A stretch of 62,412 nucleotides of DNA, filler included, from Choristocarpus tenellus KU-1152 (lineage: Eukaryota > Protista > Phaeophyceae): the NCBI GenBank assembly GCA_964200185.2. It is 10 parts of 10 records of this genome, joined end to end, with 100 filler letters (N's around TTAATTAATTAA, not from the genome) between each part and the next. Parts side by side here need not be neighbours in the genome. Positions count along the whole stretch, not along the records: positions 1 to 7,336 come from CAXNAD020006311.1; positions 7,437 to 10,130 come from CAXNAD020025592.1; positions 10,231 to 30,262 come from CAXNAD020000422.1; 7 more parts are not named here. One strand, 5' to 3'. The notes under the pieces were generated by a model. That model did no database searches. It worked only from the letters and a program-made list of their open reading frames with translations, and was not told the origin of the DNA. Below are positions 1 through 10,444 of this stretch, piece by piece (within the stretch, counting starts at the first letter, position 1; each line of letters starts with the position of its first letter). The translations under genes and the position numbers were made by a program.

Positions 1-303
1 ATTCCCAGCTAACCCTAACCCTAATTACTACAAAACCGATATTGTACCACATCAATTCTGTGCCGCTTTTTTCGGGCATGCCCATGGGTGCACAAAATCG
101 GAGTAGGTGGTACTGTATTACTATGTGTGAATCGTATGTTCTATGGCGGCGTGATTTACTAAGGCAAGGGTGGTGAAGAGAATCATCAGGTAAGACAGAC
201 CAGACGGACTAAGACGAGGCATAACGGAGAGGACAAGATTAAGGTTGGACAAGTGCAAAGACTGTAGAGAACTGCGGACAATTCCAGAGCGATGAGAATC
301 TCA

Positions 304-483
304 GCCCCAAAGTGCCTGGGGGGGGGAGGGGGAGTCTACACCAGGGTGTCCATTTGGGTCAGAATCAGGAAATGTGCATTTACATTATCCATCCGACAAA
401 GGCAACCAAGTCAACTAAAAATCACGACATGAAAAAAATGACCCCAAATGGACATCCGCCCCCACCCTCAGATACTTTGAGCC
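304..483 (-). mobile_element. MITE family A, full copy, TSD TCA
   Basis: TIRs gccccaaagtgcctggg / ctcagatactttgagcc, flanked tca...tca. The uninterrupted homologue at ~59051-59070 reads ggatctcatgagagggg. Confidence 0.9.
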
Positions 484-573
484 TCATGAGAGGGGTATCA
501 TTGGAAATGTCAAGATGTGATAACAAAGAGAATATTTGATGTCTAACGACTTTGAATGAAGAGAGGACCTTCA

Positions 574-767
574 GGCTCAAAGTATCTGGGGTGTGTGTGA
601 CGACTGTCCATTTGATGCCCATTTTTCCATGTCGCGATTTTTGGGTGACTTGGTTGTATGTGTCGGATGGATAATGTAAGTTTACTTCTCCTGGTCAGGC
701 CCCAAATGGACACCCTGGTGTAGAACCCACCCCCACCCCCCACCCCCCCCCTCCCATACTTTGAGCC
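574..767 (+). mobile_element. MITE family A, full copy, TSD tca/tta
   Basis: ggctcaaagtatctgggg ... cccatactttgagcc, with internal inverted motif tgtccatttg / ccccaaatggaca. Confidence 0.9.
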
Positions 768-928
768 TTATCTCTGGGACTGGTCTCTTGAAGATATCTC
801 ATGGATTCAATAAATCATGAAAGACCCTCCACTGGAATCCGGGATACCCAACAAGGAAATCTCATGCGGTTTGATGGTGTAAAGCACACGGCAATAATGG
901 TATGATAATAGATAGCCCTGCTTTCCAC

Positions 929-1600
929 ATATACCCTTTCACATTTTCAGATCCAAAAAAGCAAAACCAATATCGCAAACGAACCCCTGTAAAATAAACG
1001 GTTCTCGTAAGAGTAAAAGATACCTCTCCAAGGACTAATTAACATTTGAATAGTAGTTATACTACATCACTCCCTTTAGGGATGATACTTACAACGTTAT
1101 GTGTACACTGCTGCTATGCCTCTAACCTAGCTTAGCCCTACATAAGTTGGCGAGGAGCAAGGGAACCATCCCAAAAATCTGACAGGCCCCTTCTTGCCCA
1201 TCTGCCTGGTGTATCTAGGTTAAAATTCCTGATGCATTCGAGAGAGCAACTTGTGTAGTGACCGACACTATCTGTTGTAAGCAGGATTTGACAGCCTGTT
1301 TCCTTTGATAACCTTTCGCCCCTAACTTCACTTCATCAGACCTTCCGAGCCATCGAAACCATTGGTGGTGGTAGAGGTGTAGGATTCACTCTTGGCGCAA
1401 CATGAAAGACTGGGGTGTGAGTGTGCTCTACATTCATTTTATGTTGTGTGTTCTTATCTGTGCTTCAGACAAAAATTTGGTTACGCCATGATGGACCAGG
1501 GGGTGCTCAGGGTTGGCTACTAGTGCTGCCGTTGCCCCTTTGATCCCGTCCATGCTACTGGAGAACCTCAACCAGGATGGGGTACAGCAGGCCTCTCACA
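929..1600 (-). mobile_element. Decayed 3' portion of an RLE (CRE-like) non-LTR retrotransposon
   Basis: DNA matches 60400-60700 (ctaacctagcttagccctac...gagcaacttgtgtagtgaccgacactatctg) plus the same 3' UTR. The extension beyond ~1370 is weaker. Confidence 0.7.
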
Positions 1601-1806
1601 CTTAAAGAGCTGTTCACAGGTAATAGGGGGGTCTGTAATGGGGGAAAGAGGAGGAGTAGATACGCTAGGATCACAGGAGCAGATTGGGGACATGCACTTG
1701 GCAGACATGGTGGGACTTTGCTAGGGGAAAAAGAGGAGAGAATGTCCGTCAGTCAGCAGGCAAAGTAACACCACAGCATAAGGAGGACATGAACAGAGTG
1801 AGGCAT

Positions 1807-4800
1807 TGTGTCAAGATTATGAATTTATTAATGTGTAAAATATGATTATGTAAGAAAAAATCGAAGGATGAAGAGACCATGCTTGTGTTCTGAAGAACAG
1901 AAGATTTGTTTGTGTTTAAGAACTAGAATATGGAAGAGTTCTGGAATAGGAGACGTTGTAGCAAGCGATCTGTGATTGGTGATTTCTGATCCATAGAATA
2001 GGAATGATTTAGTGGCAAGGACACCACCCCCTTTGGACTTGGATTATCAGTCTTCCTTCCAACTTCCTTACTTCATCTATAACCTGTTAAACCCAGTAAG
2101 GATTTAATCAAGTCATTTACATACACAAGTTTTGGGAACATCAGCTTCTTTAACATACTAGCTAGCAGTAGTTATTGAAGTTTGCTAAGTTTTCAAGGCT
2201 AGTGTGAATCGATTGGAGGGGGAGTCCCGATGGAGGTGGTCGCCAGTTATAGCAGACGTACTTCAAGAAGAGCGGAGTATCGTGAAATGACACCTGGAAC
2301 CCCGGTTGAAGATGGTTGAGGGGCAGTAGAGTAAGAAATTGAGGATGAAGATGAAGAGGCGGTTAAAAGAACCGTGCACCAGACAACTACTACAGGACAG
2401 AGATTCCGACGGCTGATCCAACTCCCGCCAAAGTTCAAAGTTTATCGTGGCGATGATGACGGGGAAGGATATGCTACCTTTGAGAGAAGTTTTCTTTGCG
2501 TGCTGCCACGGGGGGATGGAAAGATGTTTTTCTGTCAGAATATCACATCAGGGTGAGTTGTGATTTTTTTGACAAATCGAGATGGATGGAGCAAGGAGTT
2601 GAAAAAGCGAGTATGGCTATGCCACCTTTAGTGATGGGTTTGGATGGACTAGCAAAACAAGTTGTTGATAACCATATGATAGCCCCGCGGAAGCATTTCA
2701 AGCTTTGAGAAACCCTTTTGATAGAAATGGTAGTACTGAGAGGGCTACCATGCGATCCAAGCTTATATCACTTCATCTATCAGTGGGGGAGGATCCATCC
2801 ACGGTCATTATGGAACTGGATCGAATCATCAAGAAGATGAAATCAATTGATGATGAGCCTATAGCGAGGAGGCACAATTGAGTGCCATGCACAACTGTGT
2901 TAACAGATGAATACTCCATCAAGATTTGTCAGATTCCTGGGAGAGGGCGTGCAGCTAGACTTGATCTTCCAAGACGAGTCTGTGAGACCCATCACTTACA
3001 CAAAAGACAACGAGAAAGACGGATAGTGAGCAATGGTGGGGCATTGATATTTGGTGGAGCATGTGCAAGAGGTGGAACCACAGGATATCAAGCGGGTCGA
3101 CAATAAGGACACGTTGAGTGCTGGCTGTATGGAGGACCAAACTTTCAATCCTCTTGCCCCACTGCTCTTTCCTCACGTTCTGGATTCTACACAGGTGCTT
3201 CTTATGTTTGTGGAGTGACAGGACACAAGGCTTATTGTTGTACTAAACGCGCTGGAGCTGCTGGAGTGACTGGTCAAGGATCGACTAAGTGTGGACCAAA
3301 TCCCAAAAGGAAGAGGAAGAATGGTAAAGGAGAGGGGAGAGGGGGTGATAACAATCGTGGAGAGGAGGAACACAAAGCGAGTGGTGGTACACCAGTACAG
3401 CTTGGAGGATTATCCTTGTAAAGCAATGGTGGGAGTCTTGTGGGATTGGATAAAGTTTGGTTCCTTTGACAGTGGGTGTTCGGGACATACGAAAAATAAC
3501 CCTATTGCTCTGATCCAAAACCTGTGGTAGCAACATGGGTGACTGTTAGGGATGGAAAAAAACTACAAATTTCAGCTATATATAGGTGATTTGTTACTAT
3601 GTTTTGTACAGAATGGGGAAATTTCCAACTTCATCTTGTGCAATGCGTCACTTGTCCTTTGGGTTAAAATTTATCTCTTCTCTATAATACAATCGGGGAA
3701 ACAATCTGGGGGGGAATCATGTTGGAAAGGGGAAAATTATTTGCGATTAACCCCTTCTTCTGGAGGACCTGGATTGGAGTTCGTGAAGACAAGTAGGAAG
3801 AATTATGGATTGTTGACTTTGAAAGCTAATCGGAAAAACTTCTTGACAATTCCTGAACTCAAGACAAATACCTGAAGTACGAGACATGACAGAGAGGATC
3901 ATGTCCGGACTAGTTCTAGCCAAGGGGGAGGCAGGAACTGATGCACTCACCCCAATAAGGGCTGGAGTTGATACCGTCTCAGAAGGAACATCTGAGGAGA
4001 TTGCAATGTCAGAGGATGTTGCAATGGCAGGAGAGTATACCCTTGGAAGGGTTTCAGGAAATCCTATTGACCCAGGGGAGAACATCGGCATTGGGTGTGT
4101 GAGGACTGATGAGGGGACGGAGTTCAAGAATGTTGACTTTGAGGATGTACTTAATGAACACAAGATCAGGCATGAGTACATTTTGTCTGGATTTCGTAAG
4201 CGATAGGTCTATTCGTCTTTGAAGATCAAGTCTAGCTGCATGCCCTCTCCCGGGTAACCCGGTGAATCTCGATAAAGTATTCATCCGTTCAACAGTTATG
4301 CATGGCACTCAATTGTTCCTCCTCGCTAGGCTCATCATCAATTTATCTCATCTTCTTGATGATTCGATCCAGTTCCATAATGACCGTGAATGGATCCTCC
4401 CCCAATGGTAGGTAGGTGAAGTGACTGAAACTTGGACCATATGGTGGTAGCCCTTTCTGTAATACCATTTCTGGGAAAAGGGTTCCTCAAAGCTTGAAAT
4501 GCTTCCGAAGGACTGTAATGGTTAGACATTCAGTGTTACGATGCATAAAATGAAGTATAACTGATTTTTGTCTTGAAGATACGTTTAAGTGACTGAAGTG
4601 CTACTTTTTCACTACAACTTTAAAGGAGGGGATTGTGTCAAGAATACGATTTATTCATGTGTAAAACAAGATTCTGTATGAAACAATCTAAGGATGAAGA
4701 GACCACGTTTGTTTTCCCGAAGAACAGAAGAAATGTTTGAGTTTAAGAACTAGAATATGTTTGAGTTCAGGAATAATAGGAAACGTTGTAGCAAACAATC

Positions 4801-4984
4801 TGTGATTAGTGATTTTTGATCCATAGAAGGAATGATTTGGTGGCAAGGACCGCCCCCTTTAGACTTGGATTATCATTATCACTCCTTCCACCTTCCTTAC
4901 TTCATCTACAACCTGTTTAACCCAGCAAGGATAAAATCAAGTCATTTACATGCACAAGTCTTGGGAACATCAGCTTCTTCAACA
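1807..4984 (+). mobile_element. Non-autonomous Ty1/Copia LTR retrotransposon (LTRs 1807-2155 and 4634-4984) with decayed gag and protease; no recognisable pol
   Basis: Two ~350-bp direct repeats tgtgtcaag...cagcttctt(t/c)aaca. Polypurine tract aaaggagggga precedes the 3' LTR. CCHC-like YVCGVTGHKAYCC at ~3200-3245 and Copia protease DSGCSGH at ~3468-3488. Confidence 0.88.
4210..4525 (-). repeat. Inverted, diverged duplication of gag segment ~2670-2980 inside the Copia element
   Basis: The minus-strand ORF MPCITV...LPGRGHAARLDLQRR mirrors the plus-strand MPCTTV...IPGRGRAARLDLPRR. Confidence 0.9.
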
Positions 4985-5837
4985 ATGTGCCCGTGTAGAA
5001 TTGCATAACCTAACTAAACAAAATGCAGAGAACTTGTGCATCAAATTGTCTCTATGTGAATGACCTTCCCCCCCAAAAGAAGTGCCTAACAGGGAATTAA
5101 TTATAAATTTATCAAGTACTTGGGAGTATCACAAGTCCCTACCCTACCAAACAACATTTTAAGGCAACATATGTATCATGTTGCAGGTCAACTATCTGCT
5201 CCAAATTGTTTGAGAAACTGATTGGACTATAGATAGAAAAAGCAAGGGGTGTTCGACAATAGTTACAAATATCCTCAGCTTTGCATCTAGTTACACCAAC
5301 TAATATTTTACATTGATGGTGTAGCATGGGTATCAGGGGATGGTAATAGCCTTAGAGTAAATATCCACTGGTTAAATGGGGATCACAATCATGGATTTAT
5401 CTTAGTGATAGTTGTCTAGGCATGTCTTATACATTTACATCCATCACAAGGCTTCTAAATTTCAAGAACTTGTCATACACTCCTTGTTCAGGTAGTCGTG
5501 CACACCCAGAGAGGCACTGTATTATTTAGGAGCAGGCTTGTTCCCCCCCAAGATCTCCCTCAAAAGATTGCGTGGTGGGTTCTTTGTGAGTAGCTAGGAT
5601 AGCTCCCCCTGTTCGTTTTGTCTCTGATTTTATTCTTCCAGCTTACTTAGTTTCAACTAAAGACCTCCCCAGTTAAGAATTCATTGTGTTGCTTTGTTGA
5701 CTGACTTTTCAACACTACGCCCTACAACTGCAGGAGATGATACAGGACATTAAAGAATGTCAAGACACCAAAGCAGACCCTTCTCCTTCTTCATCGCTTG
5801 GTTCACATCAGCCCGCCCACGTACTGTTTTGGCGGTT

Positions 5838-6135
5838 ACCAGTCTTGATATTTTTTAAAAGGTTGGTCAACGAGTTAATCGACGATCAGCATATCAAATG
5901 AAAGGCTATCGAATTGCGCAAATAGATTCTTCCGCAAAAACAGTTTTGGTCTTGATAATTCATTCCGAAACATTTTCAAGGTTGTGCCGACACCATTCGG
6001 TTAAAATTCAACCTAACCAAAAAAAATTGCGAAAGATTTTTTTTTAAATCGATAGCTTAGATCAAGAGCTTTCATTCGATATGCTGATCATTGTTCAACT
6101 CGTTGACCAACCATTAAAAAAAAATGAAGATTGGT
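5838..6135. mobile_element. Unrelated MITE with ~70-bp TIRs (family E); a second degenerate inverted copy lies at ~13331-13608
   Basis: accagtctt...ggttggtcaacgagtt...gatcagcatatcaaatgaaag versus ctttcattcgatatgctgatc...aactcgttgaccaacc...aagattggt. Confidence 0.8.
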
Positions 6136-6479
6136 GTGATCCTAGAGGCTACTGCCAACACTATAGAACAGAAATCGATTCTATAAAACGTGATGAGTTT
6201 GAGGTTGGTAGTCCCCTCCGTACTTAAGATTAATAACTCCTCTCCAACATTGGCAACATCCCTGCGTTAATCACTCCTATTCATACGTGAATTTGGAGGT
6301 ATATTTTAACATTTTCTTCTTCGGGGAAAAAAAACATATTCGAGACGAATCTGGTAATATCCTGAAGATAAAGGCTTCATGATAGAGCGGTGGAGGCGAT
6401 GTTATGATACCCTCCCCGGTGCCAAATGTGACCACGACAAGCTCAAATGCTGATAAATCTGTCGAACAATACCCCACCT

Positions 6480-7130
6480 GCGTGGCACTACCTGAAACAC
6501 CAATAATGATGGATTGGCAGAAGCGTTACGTGACATGGCAAACGGAAAGCCAACAGGACTGGATGACATACCTGCCGAATTCCTCAAACTGAACCCAAGG
6601 AAAATGGGAATGTTGTACATGCGTTTCAAAATATTGTGGTGGCTTTGTGGGAACAGGAACTTGTGCCTCAAACTTTGAAAGATACTGTCATTAAGGTACT
6701 TCACAAGAAAAAGGGCCGTCAAACTATCTGTGGTAACTACCAAGTATCTCATTGGTGACATGTGCTGGTAAGGTACTCCTCTAATTTATCACAAGATGAC
6801 TCAGTGCCTACCTAGGAAAGGAAGATAATCTACACGAGAAACAATGTGGTGTATGATCTTGACGCTCCACAGTGGACATTAATTGCATCCTGCATGTCCT
6901 ACAGGTGCTTGAAAGGGAAAAATATGTACTCTTATTCGTTTGTTTTTTTCGTCAGAAGGCTTGTGACTCTGTTGACCGTGATGCAGGACTGTACTTGCCA
7001 AATTCAAGGTATTTGCCAATATTATTTCAGTTATTCGTGAGTTATACAATGGAACAAGCGCATTTGCCCTCGTTCCTATTATTTTCAACATTCCCTTCGC
7101 CACAATGGTGAGCCTAGCAGTGAGGGAGTT
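6480..7130 (+). pseudogene. Decayed LINE (RTE-like) reverse transcriptase
   Basis: Frame-shifted fragments NGKPTGLDDIPAEFLK, KDTVIKVLHKKKG..ICGNY, AGKVL, EKQCG and QKACDSVDR match the non-LTR RT N-terminal motifs. Confidence 0.8.
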
Positions 7131-7183
7131 CAACTCTGACCCGATCATCTCAAGAAACGAAATTGTCATCAAGGGAGATGATA

Positions 7184-7336
7184 GGGTTAAGGTATCTGGG
7201 AGGGGGTGGTGACTGTCCATTCGGGGCACATTTCCCCATGTAGCGTTTTTTGGGTTATTTGGTTGTATGCGTCAGATAGATAGTGTAAGTGCAGCTCTCC
7301 TAGTCAGAACCCGAATGGACACCTTGGTGTACCCCC
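7184..7336 (+). mobile_element. MITE family A, truncated at gap
   Basis: gggttaaggtatctgggaggggg...gaatggacaccttggtgtaccccc, then N. Confidence 0.85.
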
Positions 7337-7436
7337 NNNNNNNNNNNNNNNNNNNNNNNNNNNNNNNNNNNNNNNNNNNNTTAATTAATTAANNNNNNNN
7401 NNNNNNNNNNNNNNNNNNNNNNNNNNNNNNNNNNNN
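7337..7436. other. Artificial contig spacer (N44-TTAATTAATTAA-N44). Identical spacers at 10131-10230, 30263-30362, 33468-33567, 36280-36379, 41902-42001, 44712-44811, 50666-50765, 57765-57864
   Basis: Nine identical 100-nt blocks with a six-frame stop linker in the centre. Confidence 0.98.
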
Positions 7437-7548
7437 GTAGAAGGTGCATGCACTATTCTCCTTCCTTATGGCGAGGCGGGAGATGTGCATTAACACATAA
7501 ACATCATTTTAAAAAAGCGCTCGTAATCCTATCCATGAAGCTTATGAA

Positions 7549-7674
7549 TGATTTCCCAGCTCACCACGATTAATTAGTCGCTTCGACGATTGATTTTCCA
7601 GCTCGCCACGATTAATCAGTTGCTTCGACAACTAATTTCCCAGCTCACCACAATTAATCAGTTGCTTCGATGAT
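7549..7674. repeat. 42-bp tandem repeat, 3 copies
   Basis: tgatttcccagctcaccacgattaattagtcgcttcgacgat and variants, starting at 7549, 7591 and 7633. Confidence 0.95.
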
Positions 7675-8106
7675 TGTATGTTTGGAGGTATCATACAGTT
7701 GGAGTATCCCGTGCACGTCATCATGTTCGACCACCCCACAATGTCTTCTCCATACAGTGCTTATCAGAGTCCCTGACTCCTCACACACTCCTCGTATATC
7801 TAACCCTTGGCGACTATCTTATCGTATATACGTATCTACGGGGTTTGACCTACACCATCCCCCACATTGATCTTACCCATGACACTTTCCGCATCATTGG
7901 CTACTTTGCAATAATCCAGATACGACCAGAGGTAGAGCTGTGATATCAAGTACTTCAAAGGGGGGGACTAGTCTTGCAGGTAGTATCCGAATTCCCTCTT
8001 TTTTGGTCCCCCACTATCGCTCCAGCATTGAGTTCATTTTTCTCACCTTGGGGGACTCTTCAATACCACCTACCCGTTATAGTGGACAGGGGAACCCCCA
8101 TGTTCA

Positions 8107-8384
8107 GGAACCACTGCTGTGATATTTTTTTACTTTTTCGAACGTATTTTGAAAACAAAACCCTATCTTTAACCCTAACCCAAAGCCTGACCCTAACTCT
8201 AACTTGTGTGTGAAAATATCCATAACCAGTCAAGGAAACATTCTAGAATTGGTAGAGGAGTACAGTGTGCACTGGGGAACCAGCCCCTCTGGACGATCCA
8301 CACTCATTTTCGAGAAAATCTAACCTAAGCTCTAGCCCTAACCTTCATCTGAGGAAGTGCAAAAAGTATGACGGTGGTGGTTCC
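8107..8384. mobile_element. TIR element containing degenerate telomere-like (CCCTAA) repeats
   Basis: Left end ggaaccactgctgtgatattttt; right end reverse-complemented ggaaccaccaccgtcatactttt. Internal aaccctaacccaaagcctgaccctaac and ctagccctaacc. Confidence 0.6.
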
Positions 8385-10230
8385 CCAAGATGGGGTTTAC
8401 CCCATTCACTTTACTGTCACCACCTTCATCCTGTTTTGTGGAAACTGAGAGTGAGACTTTCCAAACCGAAATTTGTAGGGTAGTTAATTCTCTGCCGTGT
8501 AACAAAATCTGCATGTGTGTCTAAACGTAACGATGACTGTGCTGTTGGGACCAACGCCACACCTAGTAATGCAGCCTCTACTACCTTCTCTCCTTGCACC
8601 CCTTTCTAAAGCACTCACACTGCTGTGATTTTCATTCTCCCAACCTACCCTCCCCTCCCTCGCCTCTGCCCTGTATTGCTGGGGCAGGTTTTGATAATAA
8701 TACAAAATTGAAGTCATCATGTTCACCATAAAATAGAAAAACCGCATCCTTCAAGCATTACAAGCTCTTCTCGAGGGAGTTAGAGCACAACAGTTCAAAA
8801 TACTGTAACCTCATTGCTTGATTTGTGGAGTCTTATCAGTCTCAAATTTGACTCAACATAGCCACCTTGAAGTGGGACCAATACTCCATTAACTACAATG
8901 GTATCTCTAATCAAATAGTGGAAATGTACACAGCCATATTCGTTTGTCATACATACTCCAGCATGTAAAAGAACAAATTACAAGAGAGCGTTGCAACCTG
9001 TAGTGTTGGAAACATGCATTTGCTTTGCATAAGTTGGGCAGGAACATGTCAAGTGTGTACCTGTCTGCCTTTGGCACAGATGCTGGAAATTATTGAGCAG
9101 AATGTCCGGAATGCTATTCCACTCGACACTTAAACATCATAATCTGACTGGTTTTATTGTACAATCCTACTCAAAACTATACCAACAGGGAAAGCTAAAG
9201 AGGGTTCTTCGTAACATCCATGTATTCCGGATAATTTCCTATTTAGTGCAGAAACATGCATCAACCATTACAAAAAACGTCTTATCCTATATCTAATGAA
9301 CACAATACACAAGGGAATGCTTCAACAGCCTACACGCTCTCTCTCAACTAGTAATTTATGTAGTGACTCACAATCTTACACCAGTGCCTATCAACTCCAG
9401 GGCTAAGTTGATGTCGCTTCTCATTCAAAAAACTCATTGCACAGACAACAAGATCCAAAGGGAACCAATACACTAATGGAGGGACGGTGTAGCTAATACA
9501 ACAAACGGCAACATACCATATTGCCATCCAAAAACTTGGCATGTACAAGGTATAATTCAGGGAGGTTCACTCAAACACAGGTCGATTTCTGAGAAGAAGG
9601 CAACCTGAATACTTGAAAGCCTACCCCAACCTTCAGCTAAATTAAAACGCCCTTGCCATTCCCATTCAATGATGTATTCTGATCGATACTATTTGATCAA
9701 CTCAAGAACCCTGCAGTGTTGAGGGATAGTGGCGTACCCCCTCCAATACCATTTATCTATCACAGTTCCACCCTGAATACAGCTCAAGTACACAAGGGTT
9801 TGCCTACATCAAGAGGAACCACAGAAAACGTCTGATTGTACCTTCATTCTGTACCACATGCCACACCTCACTCAAACTTGGGGTCTACAAACTCTTCACC
9901 ACTCCCACTCTGCATGGTCAACATGTTACCCCAACCGCTGTACACACTGTCTTGGGAGGGCAAAGTTATGCTTAGCTGATGTATCGAACCAAACCATGTC
10001 CTTAACACAACAAGCCTCTACGTGGTCTTCTTGGTATCAACTGATGATACTGCATCTGCAACGGTCCCAGTAGCTGAAGTTGCATCCTTCTTAGCCTGAG
10101 TGTTGGGATTATGATCAGATTCAGTGTCAGNNNNNNNNNNNNNNNNNNNNNNNNNNNNNNNNNNNNNNNNNNNNTTAATTAATTAANNNNNNNNNNNNNN
10201 NNNNNNNNNNNNNNNNNNNNNNNNNNNNNN

Positions 10231-10444
10231 ACAGTTATGATGAGTGTGAGTTGGAGAAAATAATCATTATATTTTTCTCATAAGAGTTTAACTAACCATT
10301 GGTATTGTGAATTGAAAACAGTTATGATGAGTGTGAGTTGGAGAAAATAATCATTATATTTTTCTCATAAGAGTTTAACTAACCATTGGTATTGTGAATT
10401 GAAAACAGTTATGATGAGTGTGAGTTGGAGAAAATAATCATTAT
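10231..10444. repeat. Perfect 87-bp tandem repeat, ~2.5 copies, at a contig start
   Basis: acagttatgatgagtgtgag... starting at 10231, 10318 and 10405. Confidence 0.95.

Larger units (their letters stand above)
130..928. repeat. Unclassified ~430-bp dispersed repeat, here split by two MITE-A copies; other copies at ~15801-16182 and ~58872-59280
   Basis: All three copies share variants of gtggtgaagag(a/g)atca, gttggacaa and ccactggaatc(c/t)gggat. Confidence 0.85.

Noticed and set aside
304-767. MITE A/B as integron attC-like sites or TnpB/Fanzor guide loci
   Set aside because: They have true TIRs and TSDs, interrupt other repeats at varied sites, and no integrase or RuvC ORF is present.
5139-5327. 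CACTA/Plavaka transposase motif (VDLQHD resembling DxMH)
   Set aside because: A single weak motif with no supporting neighbours.
7381-7392. Recurrent palindrome TTAATTAATTAA as a biological site
   Set aside because: It is always centred in an identical 100-nt N block, so it is an assembly linker.
7549-7674. CRISPR-like array (also considered 10231-10444, 39655-39720 and 50800-54830)
   Set aside because: These are head-to-tail tandem repeats without unique spacers, with no cas genes and in a eukaryotic context.
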